Of a stretch of 43,444 nt of DNA, positions 18,474-27,663 are shown piece by piece; position 1 is the stretch's first letter; each line of letters starts with the position of its first letter. The translations under genes were made by a program, and so were the position numbers. This DNA comes from Deltaproteobacteria bacterium (GTDB taxonomy: Bacteria; Desulfobacterota; Desulfuromonadia; Desulfuromonadales; Geopsychrobacteraceae). Below the pieces are notes generated by a model that was given only the letters and a program-made list of their open reading frames with translations, made no database searches and was not told the origin of the DNA. Location of the stretch: contig JAADGW010000047.1 in the NCBI GenBank assembly GCA_013152145.1, positions 1-43,444 of the forward strand, read 5' to 3'.

Positions 18474-20993
18474 CTATTCACTGATAACGCTCAATTTAAC
18501 CCTGGCGGTTGTCTCCAGATGCCCCGTCATGCCGCAGGTCCATTTGACATCTGCCGGAAGCAGCTTGTTAAAGTGGGTAGAACGCTGCTTCTTACCGACC
18601 GGATGTTGAGACCAGCGACTGATCGTGTTGGAAATAGCGATACATTCCGGATGGACCTCTTCACCGACCGTGGCACGACCGGTAATTTCGCCGAAAGGCG
18701 ATTCGATCTTGAGGATATCCCCGGTCTTGATCCCCTTATTCCTGGCGGTTTTGGAGTTGATCATGACCCCGAGATGCATGGGCTGGCAACTGACCACCTC
18801 ATCAATCCAGGGAAGGGTTGTGCTTTCGGAAAAATTAGCCTGTGCTTCCTTGAAGGCAAAAGCGTAAAGGTCATATTCCGGCGGCGTATTGTGCAGCGGA
18901 TGATGGTCTCGCCATACGGGAACCGGCAGATACGCCGAGGTGTCCCATTCAACACCAGCGGTCTTCATCTTTTCAGCCATATCGTCCCCAACTTCCTTAA
19001 TGAAGTTGAAGTAAAGAGGAATTCTCTGTCCCAGCTTGGCATACGGCAGGTACATCTCCTCCGGGGTCTGGTCACGGGTTGTATGTCCATGTTCCTGAAA
19101 CCATTCCAATCCCTTGTCCTGACCGTAGATGCTCTTGGCCATGCGGTCGGTCAGCTCCAGACTTGAATACGGGGTATCTGGATCCAGATGATTTTCCTCG
19201 GAGAGGAACATGGTAAAGTTCAACAGCCCGTTCCATTCGGGCAGGAACCCGATCCGCTTCGCCAGTTCGGTCAGGATATCGGTCGCGTCACGGCCATCAT
19301 AGAGTGGCTCAATGACCGGACGCCGGTAGACATGACCCGTCACCATCGGCGGCTCGATACAAACCAGGAGATGTGACTCCAGATAGGAAAGATCCGGAAG
19401 AACAATATCAGCCCAGTCTGTCGATTCGTTGAGGACGATGTCGATGGCAACGATGAACTTTAACTTCTTGAATACTTCTATGACCTTATTGGTCGCTGAG
19501 AGGTTCCACATCGGGTTGGAATGTTCGATGATGAGCGCCTCGGGCTGGAAGTCGAATCCGTATTTTTCCGGGTTCAGGACATTTTCCGCAATCAGGTGAC
19601 CAGGATCTATTCCGATCGGGTACCACTCCATAAGTTGATAACTGTAGGGTTTTTCGGCGAACTCGTAAGCCGGGTGCAGGAGATGTGGCTGGGGCTCGAT
19701 CATCCCGTCCTTACCCTCCTTGAGGATGAGAAGACGGTGGTCAAGGCCGACGCCGATGTGCCCGCCGGGGACATCGATGTTGCCGATGACCAGGTTGATC
19801 AGTTTCATCGCAGCGGAGTCCAAACCGCCATCAAAGTGGCCGATAGCCCCGCGATAGAAATTCACTGCGGCCGGCCGATAGGGGTACTCCTTACCATTGA
19901 TTTTGATGGTACTGTCGATACAGGCCGCCTCACCGAACTCAGTAGCGATCCTGCGGATCGTTTCGGCCGGGATCGAACAGATTTCAGCCATCCGCTCAGG
20001 GGTATGATCCTTGAGACTATCCTTGACCTCCTGGAAGGCCGGGCGATACTCTACACCTTCGATGGTATAGACCCCCTCGAGCGCGACATCCTCAAGGTTT
20101 AGACCCTCTGTGTCATACTCTCTGGCGGTATTGCCGGCCGAATCCCAAACCATCGGCTTTGCGGTCTCAGCATTCCGGAACAGGTTGCCATCGGGGGCCA
20201 CCAGATAGATGCCATTGGTGTGTTTACGCATGAAACCTGCGTCGTAAACATTCTGTTCATGGAGCAGGACATAGACCATCCCCAGGACAAAGGCCCGGTC
20301 GGTTCCAGGTCTGACCGGCAACCACTCGTCGGCCTTGGCTGCCCCCGCAGACATGCGCGGTTCGACCACGACCAGCTTCATCCCCCGCTCTACCCGGGCA
20401 TCAGCCATGCGTTTAATGGAAGCCGCGACATGAAGATGAGAGGAAAATCCATCCCCTGCACCGATCTGAATCCAATATTTGCAGTGATTGTAATCGTTGA
20501 TGGCCGCAAAGGAACCGTCAAGAATCCCGTTCAAGGGGTGATAGGCGGCACCGCAATACTGTCCGACCGTTGAAAAGTAGTGTGGAGTACCGAACGCAGC
20601 GCCCCAACCCCAGATGTGGATCCTGTGAAAATCATTGATTGCCGGAAGAAGCTTGCGGGGGTCGTCTTCCCGGATCGCCTTAAGTTTCTCGGCGACCGTA
20701 TCAAGGGCTTCGTCCCAGGAAATGGGTTCCCACTTGGGATCAACCCCAATCCCCTTCTCAGGATTGGTCCGTCTCAAAGGTGTTTTAACCCGGTGCGGAT
20801 CGTAAAGCCGGTGAATACCAGCCTGTCCCTTGGGGCACAACTTCCCTCGATTACTGGGATTATCAGGATCTCCTTCAATTTTCACCACAACACCATCAAC
20901 GACATGAGCCCTGATCGCGCAACTATGGATACACATTTTACAGGCGCTCTTTGCCCAGTAATCCTTCTGTGCCACCATTTCACTCTGTTTCAA
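18474..20993 (-). CDS. Mo-bisPGD oxidoreductase catalytic subunit (DMSO reductase family; PadB/PsrA-like, cytoplasm-facing)
   Basis: 4Fe-4S motif CKMC...C...LCPKG, R...PLRRTNPEKG, WEPISWDEA, candidate Cys ligand in QYCGAAYH, and ADIVLPD. TTG start 6 nt after AGGAGG; no Tat peptide. Confidence 0.9.
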   Translation of the reverse strand: MKQSEMVAQKDYWAKSACKMCIHSCAIRAHVVDGVVVKIEGDPDNPSNRGKLCPKGQAGIHRLYDPHRVKTPLRRTNPEKGIGVDPKWEPISWDEALDTVAEKLKAIREDDPRKLLPAINDFHRIHIWGWGAAFGTPHYFSTVGQYCGAAYHPLNGILDGSFAAINDYNHCKYWIQIGAGDGFSSHLHVAASIKRMADARVERGMKLVVVEPRMSAGAAKADEWLPVRPGTDRAFVLGMVYVLLHEQNVYDAGFMRKHTNGIYLVAPDGNLFRNAETAKPMVWDSAGNTAREYDTEGLNLEDVALEGVYTIEGVEYRPAFQEVKDSLKDHTPERMAEICSIPAETIRRIATEFGEAACIDSTIKINGKEYPYRPAAVNFYRGAIGHFDGGLDSAAMKLINLVIGNIDVPGGHIGVGLDHRLLILKEGKDGMIEPQPHLLHPAYEFAEKPYSYQLMEWYPIGIDPGHLIAENVLNPEKYGFDFQPEALIIEHSNPMWNLSATNKVIEVFKKLKFIVAIDIVLNESTDWADIVLPDLSYLESHLLVCIEPPMVTGHVYRRPVIEPLYDGRDATDILTELAKRIGFLPEWNGLLNFTMFLSEENHLDPDTPYSSLELTDRMAKSIYGQDKGLEWFQEHGHTTRDQTPEEMYLPYAKLGQRIPLYFNFIKEVGDDMAEKMKTAGVEWDTSAYLPVPVWRDHHPLHNTPPEYDLYAFAFKEAQANFSESTTLPWIDEVVSCQPMHLGVMINSKTARNKGIKTGDILKIESPFGEITGRATVGEEVHPECIAISNTISRWSQHPVGKKQRSTHFNKLLPADVKWTCGMTGHLETTARVKLSVISE

Positions 20994-21237
20994 GGTCGTC
21001 CTCCTCTTCTTTACAGAAACCCAAGAGCCAACCGTGTTGCTTAAACCCCGCGACAGAGAGGATTGAGCCGACCCGGACAAGCATTACGGTACCTAATTAC
21101 TTATTTTAATAAAACAGTGTTAGTAATTACCCCGAAATCACCCTCCCACGGCACCAGAAAGCAGGGCCATTTACTGAGTGTCAATCAACAAAAAAAACAA
21201 CGTTATTCAAAAATAATCGCCTTACAGTCAATCAAAA

Positions 21238-21253
21238 AGCAAACGGCATGCCA
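21238..21253 (-). promoter_or_regulatory. sigma54 -24/-12 promoter of the Mo-bisPGD / 2-oxoacid oxidoreductase operon
   Basis: Minus strand TGGCATGCCGTTTGCT (GG-N10-GC). Confidence 0.8.
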
Positions 21254-21351
21254 TGTCTTAGAAACTGTTTGATATGTGCGCATATATCCGTTTTTACAGT
21301 ATTTAAATCTCCTCTAGCGATTATTTTTCGAAGCATATCCAGAGGACGGCA

Positions 21352-21427
21352 TTCCAACATGTTGGGAATTATCCAAAATATTAGAAATCAAAACACTCAA
21401 AAGAGGCTTAGTTCCCAAACATTGGAA
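21352..21427. promoter_or_regulatory. Upstream activator sites (tandem pair plus a third site)
   Basis: TTCCAACATGTTGGGA (21352), ATCCAAAATATTAGAA (21371, 19 bp further) and TTCCCAAACATTGGAA (21412). Confidence 0.65.
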
Positions 21428-21547
21428 TATAAATCTGAGAGATATTGACCGACTGGAATTTTCAGCCCTCAACAGGGCTCAAGATGGGGGGCAGAAAAGC
21501 CCGGGGGGGAAGAGATCTGAAAGCCAGCCCCCGGGTGAGCCGAAACC

Positions 21548-21563
21548 CGGCACGAATATGGCA
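21548..21563 (+). promoter_or_regulatory. Possible sigma54 promoter for the cyclase gene
   Basis: CGGCACGAATATGGCA: GG-N10-GC spacing is right but it has TGGC instead of TTGC; about 120 bp from the 21412 site. Confidence 0.4.
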
Positions 21564-21741
21564 TCAGATTGCTGAACCTTGAGTGTCTTCCAAGCTGGGA
21601 ACAGCTTTTGGCTCGAGGGCCCATGGCCGTAGCTATGGCCTGAAAGGGAACTGAAATATGGGCCAACCGGCTGGGTTTGCGGCCGGTCATGAATTGTCGG
21701 ACAACCGCCTCTGAGGAGTACAAGGCATGGGTATCGAGAAG

Positions 21742-21783
21742 GAAATCATTCAGCCAGATGGCCTCGGGGTGCTGAATAGTTAC
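21742..21783. mobile_element. MITE copy 5 (left end degenerate)
   Basis: ATCATTCAGCCAGATGGCCTCGGGGTGCTGAATAGTTAC shares the core and right end with the other copies. Confidence 0.7.
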
Positions 21784-21831
21784 AGTGGTTTATTATCGGA
21801 TCAATCCCCCCAACAGGACAGGAGTTGAATT

Positions 21832-22623
21832 ATGAGCATGTCAAATTCTTCGCAGGCGCTGGTCCAGGTTCTGAACAATCTTACGGATGGCAGCATTAAG
21901 GTCGTTGATTTGACCCAGCCGCTGGGCGAGGAGACCCCGGTCATTGCCCTTCCTCCCGAATTTGCCCAATCCCCCCGCTTCAGCAGGGAAGTCATCTCCA
22001 GATATGACGAGCGGGGACCGGCGTGGTATTGGAATACCATCCATGTCGGTGAGCACACCGGGACTCATTTCGATGCCCCTGTTCACTGGGTGACCGGTAA
22101 AGACCAGCCCGCCAATACCCTCGATACCATTCCAGCGAAAAAACATATAGGCCCGGTCTGTGTCATCGATACCAGCAAGGAGTCCGCTGCCGACGAAGAC
22201 TTTCTGTTGACCCCTGAATTTCTCGAAACCTGGGAGCAGCAGCACGGCCGTATCCCGGCGGGTTCCTGGGTTCTGATGCGCACCGATTGGTCCAAACGCA
22301 CCGATGAAGCATCCTTTCTCAACCTGAAAGAAGATGGAGCGCACTCGCCTGGCCCGAGTGTTGAGTGCATCCGTTTTCTGATCGAACGGGACGTGGCGGG
22401 CTTTGGTTCAGAGACCGTAGGTACCGATGCCGGGCAGGCCCATCTCTTCGACCCCATGTTTCCGTGCCATAATCTGATCCATGGGGCGGGAAAATTCGGC
22501 TTGGCCAGCCTGTGCAACCTTGATCAGTTGCCACCCACCGGAGCGATCCTCATCACCGCACCGATGAAGATCGTGAACGGATCGGGCAGCCCGGTTCGCG
22601 TGTTTGCCATGATCCCGGCCTAA
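21832..22623 (+). CDS. Cyclase-family metal amidohydrolase, isatin hydrolase-like
   Basis: GEHTGTHFDAP.HW.TGKD, SKESAAD.DFLLT, HSPGP, GTDAGQA, FP.HNL.H, GLASL.NLD.LP and G.GSP.R all match my recollection of Labrenzia isatin hydrolase rather than the shorter KynB type. Confidence 0.85.
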   Translation: MSMSNSSQALVQVLNNLTDGSIKVVDLTQPLGEETPVIALPPEFAQSPRFSREVISRYDERGPAWYWNTIHVGEHTGTHFDAPVHWVTGKDQPANTLDTIPAKKHIGPVCVIDTSKESAADEDFLLTPEFLETWEQQHGRIPAGSWVLMRTDWSKRTDEASFLNLKEDGAHSPGPSVECIRFLIERDVAGFGSETVGTDAGQAHLFDPMFPCHNLIHGAGKFGLASLCNLDQLPPTGAILITAPMKIVNGSGSPVRVFAMIPA

Positions 22624-22662
22624 GGTCGACCCGGAGCCACAGACACAGTGGAAATCCTCTGC

Positions 22663-22704
22663 GTAACTATTCAGCCCGAAGGCCTCGGGGTGCTGAATAG
22701 TTAC
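22663..22704. mobile_element. MITE copy 6
   Basis: GTAACTATTCAGC...GCTGAATAGTTAC flanked by a perfect 8-bp repeat TCCTCTGC (22655-22662 / 22705-22712). Confidence 0.85.
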
Positions 22705-22718
22705 TCCTCTGCTTCATT

Positions 22719-22749
22719 AAAGGGCCGCCCCCACAAGCGGGCGGCCTTT
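22719..22749. terminator. Hairpin terminator between the convergent cyclase and thioesterase genes
   Basis: AAAGGGCCGCCC-CCACAAGC-GGGCGGCCTTT. Confidence 0.65.
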
Positions 22750-22769
22750 CCCTTGACGGTGGCGCTCAG

Positions 22770-23195
22770 TCAGGATTGCGCCTGATAGTCCTCGAATTTC
22801 CCCCGCAGATCTGCGGGGATCGGCACCGGCGTGCCATCCTTCAAGCGGATGAAGACGAGTATGGACCGGGCACGCAAGCGCTGCTTTCCGGCAACCGAAC
22901 CGATGAATTCGACTGTCAAACTTGTATTTCCGACCCTTATCAGCCGCAACGATAAGTCGAGCATCTCGCCGAGAAGGCATGGCTTAATAAAAGTACATTC
23001 GGTATGGGCGGTCGGAAGCCCAAGCCCCCGATTCAGCACAAGGCCAGCGTAGTCGACCGCCAACTCGAGGTTGAACCAGTCTTCGACCGCAGCCTGAAAC
23101 TTCTCAAAAAACCGTGGGAAAAAGACATACCCGGCAGGATCAGTATGAGTGAAACGGATCCGACTGCTGTACGTATATGGTTTTTTACCTGACAA
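22770..23195 (-). CDS. Hot-dog fold acyl-CoA thioesterase (4-hydroxybenzoyl-CoA thioesterase family)
   Basis: IRFTHTDPAGYVFFPRFF motif; TTG start after GGAGG. Confidence 0.85.
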   Translation of the reverse strand: MSGKKPYTYSSRIRFTHTDPAGYVFFPRFFEKFQAAVEDWFNLELAVDYAGLVLNRGLGLPTAHTECTFIKPCLLGEMLDLSLRLIRVGNTSLTVEFIGSVAGKQRLRARSILVFIRLKDGTPVPIPADLRGKFEDYQAQS

Positions 23196-23288
23196 GGGAA
23201 TTCCTCCTGGTCGTGGATAAAACGGCGCTACGGCGTACCGGTCTGCCCATCGTCCGGGCCGACCATCACCGCCTGCGCAGGGCAAAGG

Positions 23289-23738
23289 TCAGGGCGTTCC
23301 TGAACTCGATGGAGCCTCATTCAAGACCAGCCAGTACAATCCCAGGCTCTTGATCGCATTGGAAAACTGGACAAAATCGATCGGCTTGCGAATGTAGCTG
23401 TTCGCTCCCAGCCTGTAACATTCCACCAGGTCGCTCTCTTCCTTCGACGAGGAGAAAATCACCACCGGAAGCAGGCAGGTTCTTTCATCCTCACGCACCT
23501 GCCGCAGCACCTCCAGGCCATCAAACTTGGGAAGCTTCAGGTCCAGCAGCACGAGCTGGGGCAAATCCTTTGGATTACGATCCGCATAGGCCCTCCTGCC
23601 GAGGAGGAAATCGAGGGCCTCAACGCCGTCTCTTACCACGACCACTTCATTCGCGATGTTGTTCTTCTTCAGAGCCCGGATAGTCAGCAATTCATCGTCC
23701 GGGCTGTCCTCGACCAAAAGAATGAGCTTTCCCCCCAT
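23289..23738 (-). CDS. Single-domain response regulator (Rcp1-like)
   Basis: LLVEDSPDD, LLDLKLP and YRLGANSYIRKP. Confidence 0.92.
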   Translation of the reverse strand: MGGKLILLVEDSPDDELLTIRALKKNNIANEVVVVRDGVEALDFLLGRRAYADRNPKDLPQLVLLDLKLPKFDGLEVLRQVREDERTCLLPVVIFSSSKEESDLVECYRLGANSYIRKPIDFVQFSNAIKSLGLYWLVLNEAPSSSGTP

Positions 23739-23819
23739 ACATGTTCCTCCAACTGAAGCTGTTAAGCCCTCTGTTTAACCTTGTGATCGTTGCTTCCGTC
23801 TGCAGCTCTGGTGATACGG

Positions 23820-25391
23820 TCAAGGCCCCAGGGTAAAGAAAAAAGTGGCCCCTTCGCCGACAACCCCTTTTCCCCAAACCCGGCCACCGTGCTGGCGAAT
23901 GATCCGCTCCACGGTGGCAAGGCCAATACCTGTTCCCGGAAAATCAATCGCACGATGCAGGCGCTGAAAAGCTCCGAACAGTTTGTCCTGGAAAGCCATG
24001 TCAAACCCGGCACCGTTATCGCACACGAAATATACGGGTTCATCCGGTTCCATCGTCACACCGCCCTCGGCTGACATCAACGCCCCGAATTCAATTCTCG
24101 CCCGGCCGGCGCGGCCAGTGAATTTCCAGGCGTTGCCGATCAGGTTCTTCAGCAGCACGCGCAGCAGGGCCTCGTCGCCTTCGGCCACCAGCTCCGGGGC
24201 GATAAGGAACTCGACCTCTCGCTCCGGTTGGTCTTCCTGCAACTCGGCGGCGATTTCACGGGCCAGGCGACTCAAGTCGACCCGACGCTTGAGTATCTCA
24301 CCGCGCGTCAGCTGCGAAAGCTTTAAAAGATCATCGATGAGTTTCCCCATCCTCTGGCTGCCGGCCCGGGCGCGGACCAGATAACTCTTGCCAAGCTCAT
24401 CGAGCACGTCCGAATAGTCCTCGAGAAGAATCTGGCTGAAACCGTCGATGCTGCGCAAAGGAGCCCGAAGATCGTGGGAAACGGAGTACGCAAAAGCTTC
24501 GAGTTCCTTGTTGATAGCACGGACCCGGCGCTCGCTCTCGCGAACCACGTTTTCCATTTTCTTGCGCTCGGTGATGTTGCTGGATATCCCGCACACGGCG
24601 TAGATTTCCCCTTTGATGTCACGGAGAGGAAATTTCAGGGAAATGTAGGAATTAAGGCCGTCATCATGGGTGACCTCCTCTTCGACCTGAATGGCTCCGC
24701 CCGATTCGATCACTGCCCTGTCGTGCATCTGAAACTTATCGGCGACTTCCTTCGAAACAATATCCTGGTCGGTCTTCCCGAGAAACTGATTCCTCTCAAC
24801 GTGAAAAAGCTCTTCAAACTTCCGGTTGATCAGTCGATAGCAGCCGTCGGGATCCTTGAGGTAAATGACGGCCGGTGAGTTGTCCAGGATGGCCTGAAGG
24901 CGTTCCTCACTCTCTCGAAGTTCCTGCGCTGCCCGTTTCCGATCGGTGATATCGCGACCTTCAGGTATCACGAAAATGATATCTCCGGCATCATCCCGCA
25001 CCGGCTTTATCGAAATATCGATGCAGCGAAGGGTTCCGCGCTTATCCCTCAGCCACTCCTCGAAGCGGACCAGCTCGCCTTTGACCGCAATATCGAGGGA
25101 GGTTCGAATCCTGTCCCGCAGAGCGGCCGAGCGGTCGAACCAGGGGGCCTCCCAGAAGGGCTTGCCCAATACCTCCGCTTTTTTGATCCCTGAAAAACTC
25201 AGGGGAGCCTGGTTGACCGCGACCATCGTTCCGTCAATGGTCAGCAAACCGATGAACTGAAACGCCTGATCCCAGACCACGTTGGCCCGGAGCAACGCCT
25301 CCCGCAACTCCTTTTCGGTCTTTTTGCGGGCCTCGATCTCTTCCTGCAGCTGTTCAATCAACCGTTCTTGCGTCTTGTACCTGTCATCCAT
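23820..25391 (-). CDS. Cytoplasmic PAS-PAS histidine kinase
   Basis: Two PAS/PAC domains, H-box FAYSVSHDLRAPLR, N-box NLIGNAWKF, DNGAGF and GTGIGLA; no TM helix. Confidence 0.92.
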   Translation of the reverse strand: MDDRYKTQERLIEQLQEEIEARKKTEKELREALLRANVVWDQAFQFIGLLTIDGTMVAVNQAPLSFSGIKKAEVLGKPFWEAPWFDRSAALRDRIRTSLDIAVKGELVRFEEWLRDKRGTLRCIDISIKPVRDDAGDIIFVIPEGRDITDRKRAAQELRESEERLQAILDNSPAVIYLKDPDGCYRLINRKFEELFHVERNQFLGKTDQDIVSKEVADKFQMHDRAVIESGGAIQVEEEVTHDDGLNSYISLKFPLRDIKGEIYAVCGISSNITERKKMENVVRESERRVRAINKELEAFAYSVSHDLRAPLRSIDGFSQILLEDYSDVLDELGKSYLVRARAGSQRMGKLIDDLLKLSQLTRGEILKRRVDLSRLAREIAAELQEDQPEREVEFLIAPELVAEGDEALLRVLLKNLIGNAWKFTGRAGRARIEFGALMSAEGGVTMEPDEPVYFVCDNGAGFDMAFQDKLFGAFQRLHRAIDFPGTGIGLATVERIIRQHGGRVWGKGVVGEGATFFFTLGP

Positions 25392-25443
25392 AACACCGTC
25401 ACCCCGGCCCGGAAGATTGTTTTTCTCCCTTTCCTTTATGCTC

Positions 25444-26100
25444 TCACTTTCGAATCAGCAGGTGGGCTTTCTCGGATAACCGCGTCAAGCCTCTCTCCGC
25501 CAACACCCGATGGCTTTCAAGGACGTCCCCCTCAGCCAGCAGTTCCATGGTAAAATCAGCCTCGAACAGTTCGACCAACTCCTCTGCAGAGACAGCGAAA
25601 GGAGGCCCTGCCATCTCTGCCTGATCGTAATCGTAACTCACCAGAAGGACCCGACCTCCTGACGGCAACAGAGAGGCGAGTTTAGCAGCATAACACCGTC
25701 GCATTTCTTTTGGCAGAGCCACCAGAGAAGCGCGATCATAGACCGCACGGGCATGACAGATTTCCTCTTGGCTGAGATCAAACAAATCGCCGCAGAGAAG
25801 CTGCAGATTGCCGCTGCTATAACTCTCGAAGGGTTCCTGTTGGTCCCGGAACGCGTTCAAATCGTTCTCTTCAAAGAATGCCTGCACGGCAAGAGGGCTG
25901 AGTTCCACCCCTACGACAGCCGCCCCCTGCTGCTGCAGCCACACCATATCGAGCGATTTTCCACAAAGGGGGACGAAAACCGAATCGCCTTCGGCAATGC
26001 CCAACCGGCGGTAAAACCGGCGCAGATAGCTATGAATGATTTTCTGGTGAAACCCGATATTGCCCTGTTCCCAGGCTTCTGCCCAGAATTTCTTTTCCAT
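25444..26100 (-). CDS. tpm: Thiopurine S-methyltransferase (bacterial TPMT)
   Basis: FW...W....IGFH, VFVPLCGKSLDM.WL, GVELS..AV, YDRASLVALP and GPPFAV. Confidence 0.92.
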   Translation of the reverse strand: MEKKFWAEAWEQGNIGFHQKIIHSYLRRFYRRLGIAEGDSVFVPLCGKSLDMVWLQQQGAAVVGVELSPLAVQAFFEENDLNAFRDQQEPFESYSSGNLQLLCGDLFDLSQEEICHARAVYDRASLVALPKEMRRCYAAKLASLLPSGGRVLLVSYDYDQAEMAGPPFAVSAEELVELFEADFTMELLAEGDVLESHRVLAERGLTRLSEKAHLLIRK

Positions 26101-26272
26101 GACCGTCCCCGTAGCATCTGCCAGCGTCGCGCTGCCGGTTTATTATTGTCAGTCTGCCTCACGACGATCTCGTCGAAAAGACCTGTCCAGTGAATGAGTC
26201 TGAGGGGTTACCAAAACCTGACTCTTCCAACATTTTATGCACCCCGAGGTCATCCACCGTGCTGCTGAATCG

Positions 26273-26869
26273 TTACATCTTTTTAAGCATCTGGTAGTCC
26301 TGCTCGGTGTCGATGTCGAAATGGACGGCGGGGTCGTGGAGGGGCACTTCCACGATATCACCGGCGTATTCCTGAAAAAGAACTCGGCCTCCGGTGTCCC
26401 CGGAGAGAGCATCGATACGAGCAAAAGTCTGGCGATCGAAAAGGACCGGGTTCCCCCTTCTCCCGTCAAACCGGGGGATGACGATGGGAGCCGGGCGGTT
26501 TATGTAGGCGGTGAGGATGCTGTCGATGGTCTCGGGAATAATGAGGGGCTGGTCTCCGAGAAGAAAGAGGACCGCATCCACCTCCTCCCTGACCGCTCGA
26601 AGTCCGACCCGGAGGGAGGAGCTCTGACCTCTTTGATAGTCGGTATTGCGAACCACCGTCACATCGCGGCCGGTGAGCAGGCCCCGTATCTCCTCTGCCC
26701 GATGACCAAGAACCACGACAAGCTTGTCGAGGGAGGAGGCCAGGGCGCTGTCGATAACACACTCTATGACGGTTTGCCCACGCAAAGAGAGCAGTTGTTT
26801 GGGCCGCCCCATACGGGAACTACGGCCTGCCGCCAGAATAATGCCCGCCACCCTGGGGGCACGGTTCAT
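26273..26869 (-). CDS. mocA: Molybdenum cofactor cytidylyltransferase
   Basis: ILAAGRSSRMGRPKQLL, LGDQP, GNPVLF, GDTGGR and DIDT; next to an XDH-family operon. Confidence 0.88.
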   Translation of the reverse strand: MNRAPRVAGIILAAGRSSRMGRPKQLLSLRGQTVIECVIDSALASSLDKLVVVLGHRAEEIRGLLTGRDVTVVRNTDYQRGQSSSLRVGLRAVREEVDAVLFLLGDQPLIIPETIDSILTAYINRPAPIVIPRFDGRRGNPVLFDRQTFARIDALSGDTGGRVLFQEYAGDIVEVPLHDPAVHFDIDTEQDYQMLKKM

Positions 26870-27663
26870 GACGCGGTCCTCAAGGAATGGCAGGCGTGGA
26901 TACGGATCGATTTCAGGGCCTGTCCGACGATCAGGGATTCAGCCACCGGCCGGGGGCTTTGCCGGAGCAGAGCCGCAATCCGCGCTCCTGCCTCACATCG
27001 TTTCGCGTCGTCGGCCTGGTTGAGAAATATGAAGCGGGCAGCCTGATGTGGAGCCCCCTTGAAGGACCCTGAGGGATGGGCAAACAGACGAGCCAGGGCG
27101 AATTCGGTGATGAGCTCTTTCGCCTTCAGATTCATCCGTTCGCCGGCGAGTTCGGAGCGAAAAACAAACTCCTCGGTCAGGGGTCGGCCGAGAACCTCAA
27201 GGCCCGCCACGGCAATCAAGATACTGGTGTTGGGAGGGATCACCGGCTCATGTTCGGCAGGGGCCTTGAGAGGACGACGGGCAGAACCGTCGGCCTCAAC
27301 GAGAATCCAGTCGAACAACCCCGAATCCTCAAAAAGACGGATCGCCTCCGGTGCAAAGCCTTTGAGTTTGCCGGTATCATCCATCCGGGCAGCGGCCGCG
27401 GTGATGTGCCCCCGTTCAGGGAGGGAGGCGGCCTGCAAAAGGATCGCCTGCGGATCGGTATCGACCAGCACCGTTTCGGACTGGGAGACGGTGGGGACAA
27501 AGATCTTGGTGGTGGTGGTGGTCAAAACCGTCTTCCCGGCGTCGCTCAACAGCCGGGCAAGGTGAAACATGAGGCTGGTTTTCCCGCCGCCTCCAGTGAG
27601 ACTCAAAACACCCCGCGTTGCCAAGGGGAGGATGTTGTCAATCGACATCATAGCAGAACTCAC
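26866..27663 (-). CDS. yqeC: Selenium-dependent hydroxylase accessory protein YqeC
   Basis: GGGGKTSLM, TTTTTKI and LVEADGS...PLKAPAEHEPVIP. Confidence 0.9.
   Translation of the reverse strand: MSSAMMSIDNILPLATRGVLSLTGGGGKTSLMFHLARLLSDAGKTVLTTTTTKIFVPTVSQSETVLVDTDPQAILLQAASLPERGHITAAAARMDDTGKLKGFAPEAIRLFEDSGLFDWILVEADGSARRPLKAPAEHEPVIPPNTSILIAVAGLEVLGRPLTEEFVFRSELAGERMNLKAKELITEFALARLFAHPSGSFKGAPHQAARFIFLNQADDAKRCEAGARIAALLRQSPRPVAESLIVGQALKSIRIHACHSLRTAS

Noticed and set aside
12687-20993. Ordinary phenylacetate (pad) pathway or housekeeping pyruvate:ferredoxin oxidoreductase
   Set aside because: Not excluded but less parsimonious: no phenylacetate-CoA ligase in the island, a different subunit architecture, and shared regulatory sites with the hydroxylase and isatin-hydrolase-like genes.
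20994-21080. KKRR in the extended N-terminus of the Mo-bisPGD ORF as a Tat signal
   Set aside because: No S/T-R-R-x-F-L-K motif or hydrophobic stretch. The RR codons are the AGGAGG ribosome-binding site for the TTG start at 20993.
21575-21735. Moco/tungsten-cofactor riboswitch or group II intron 5' end in the cyclase leader
   Set aside because: GCTATGGCC and GCCTC resemble parts of the Moco motif, but the closing GGAAAGG stem is missing and there is no GTGCG start. An Rfam scan would be decisive.
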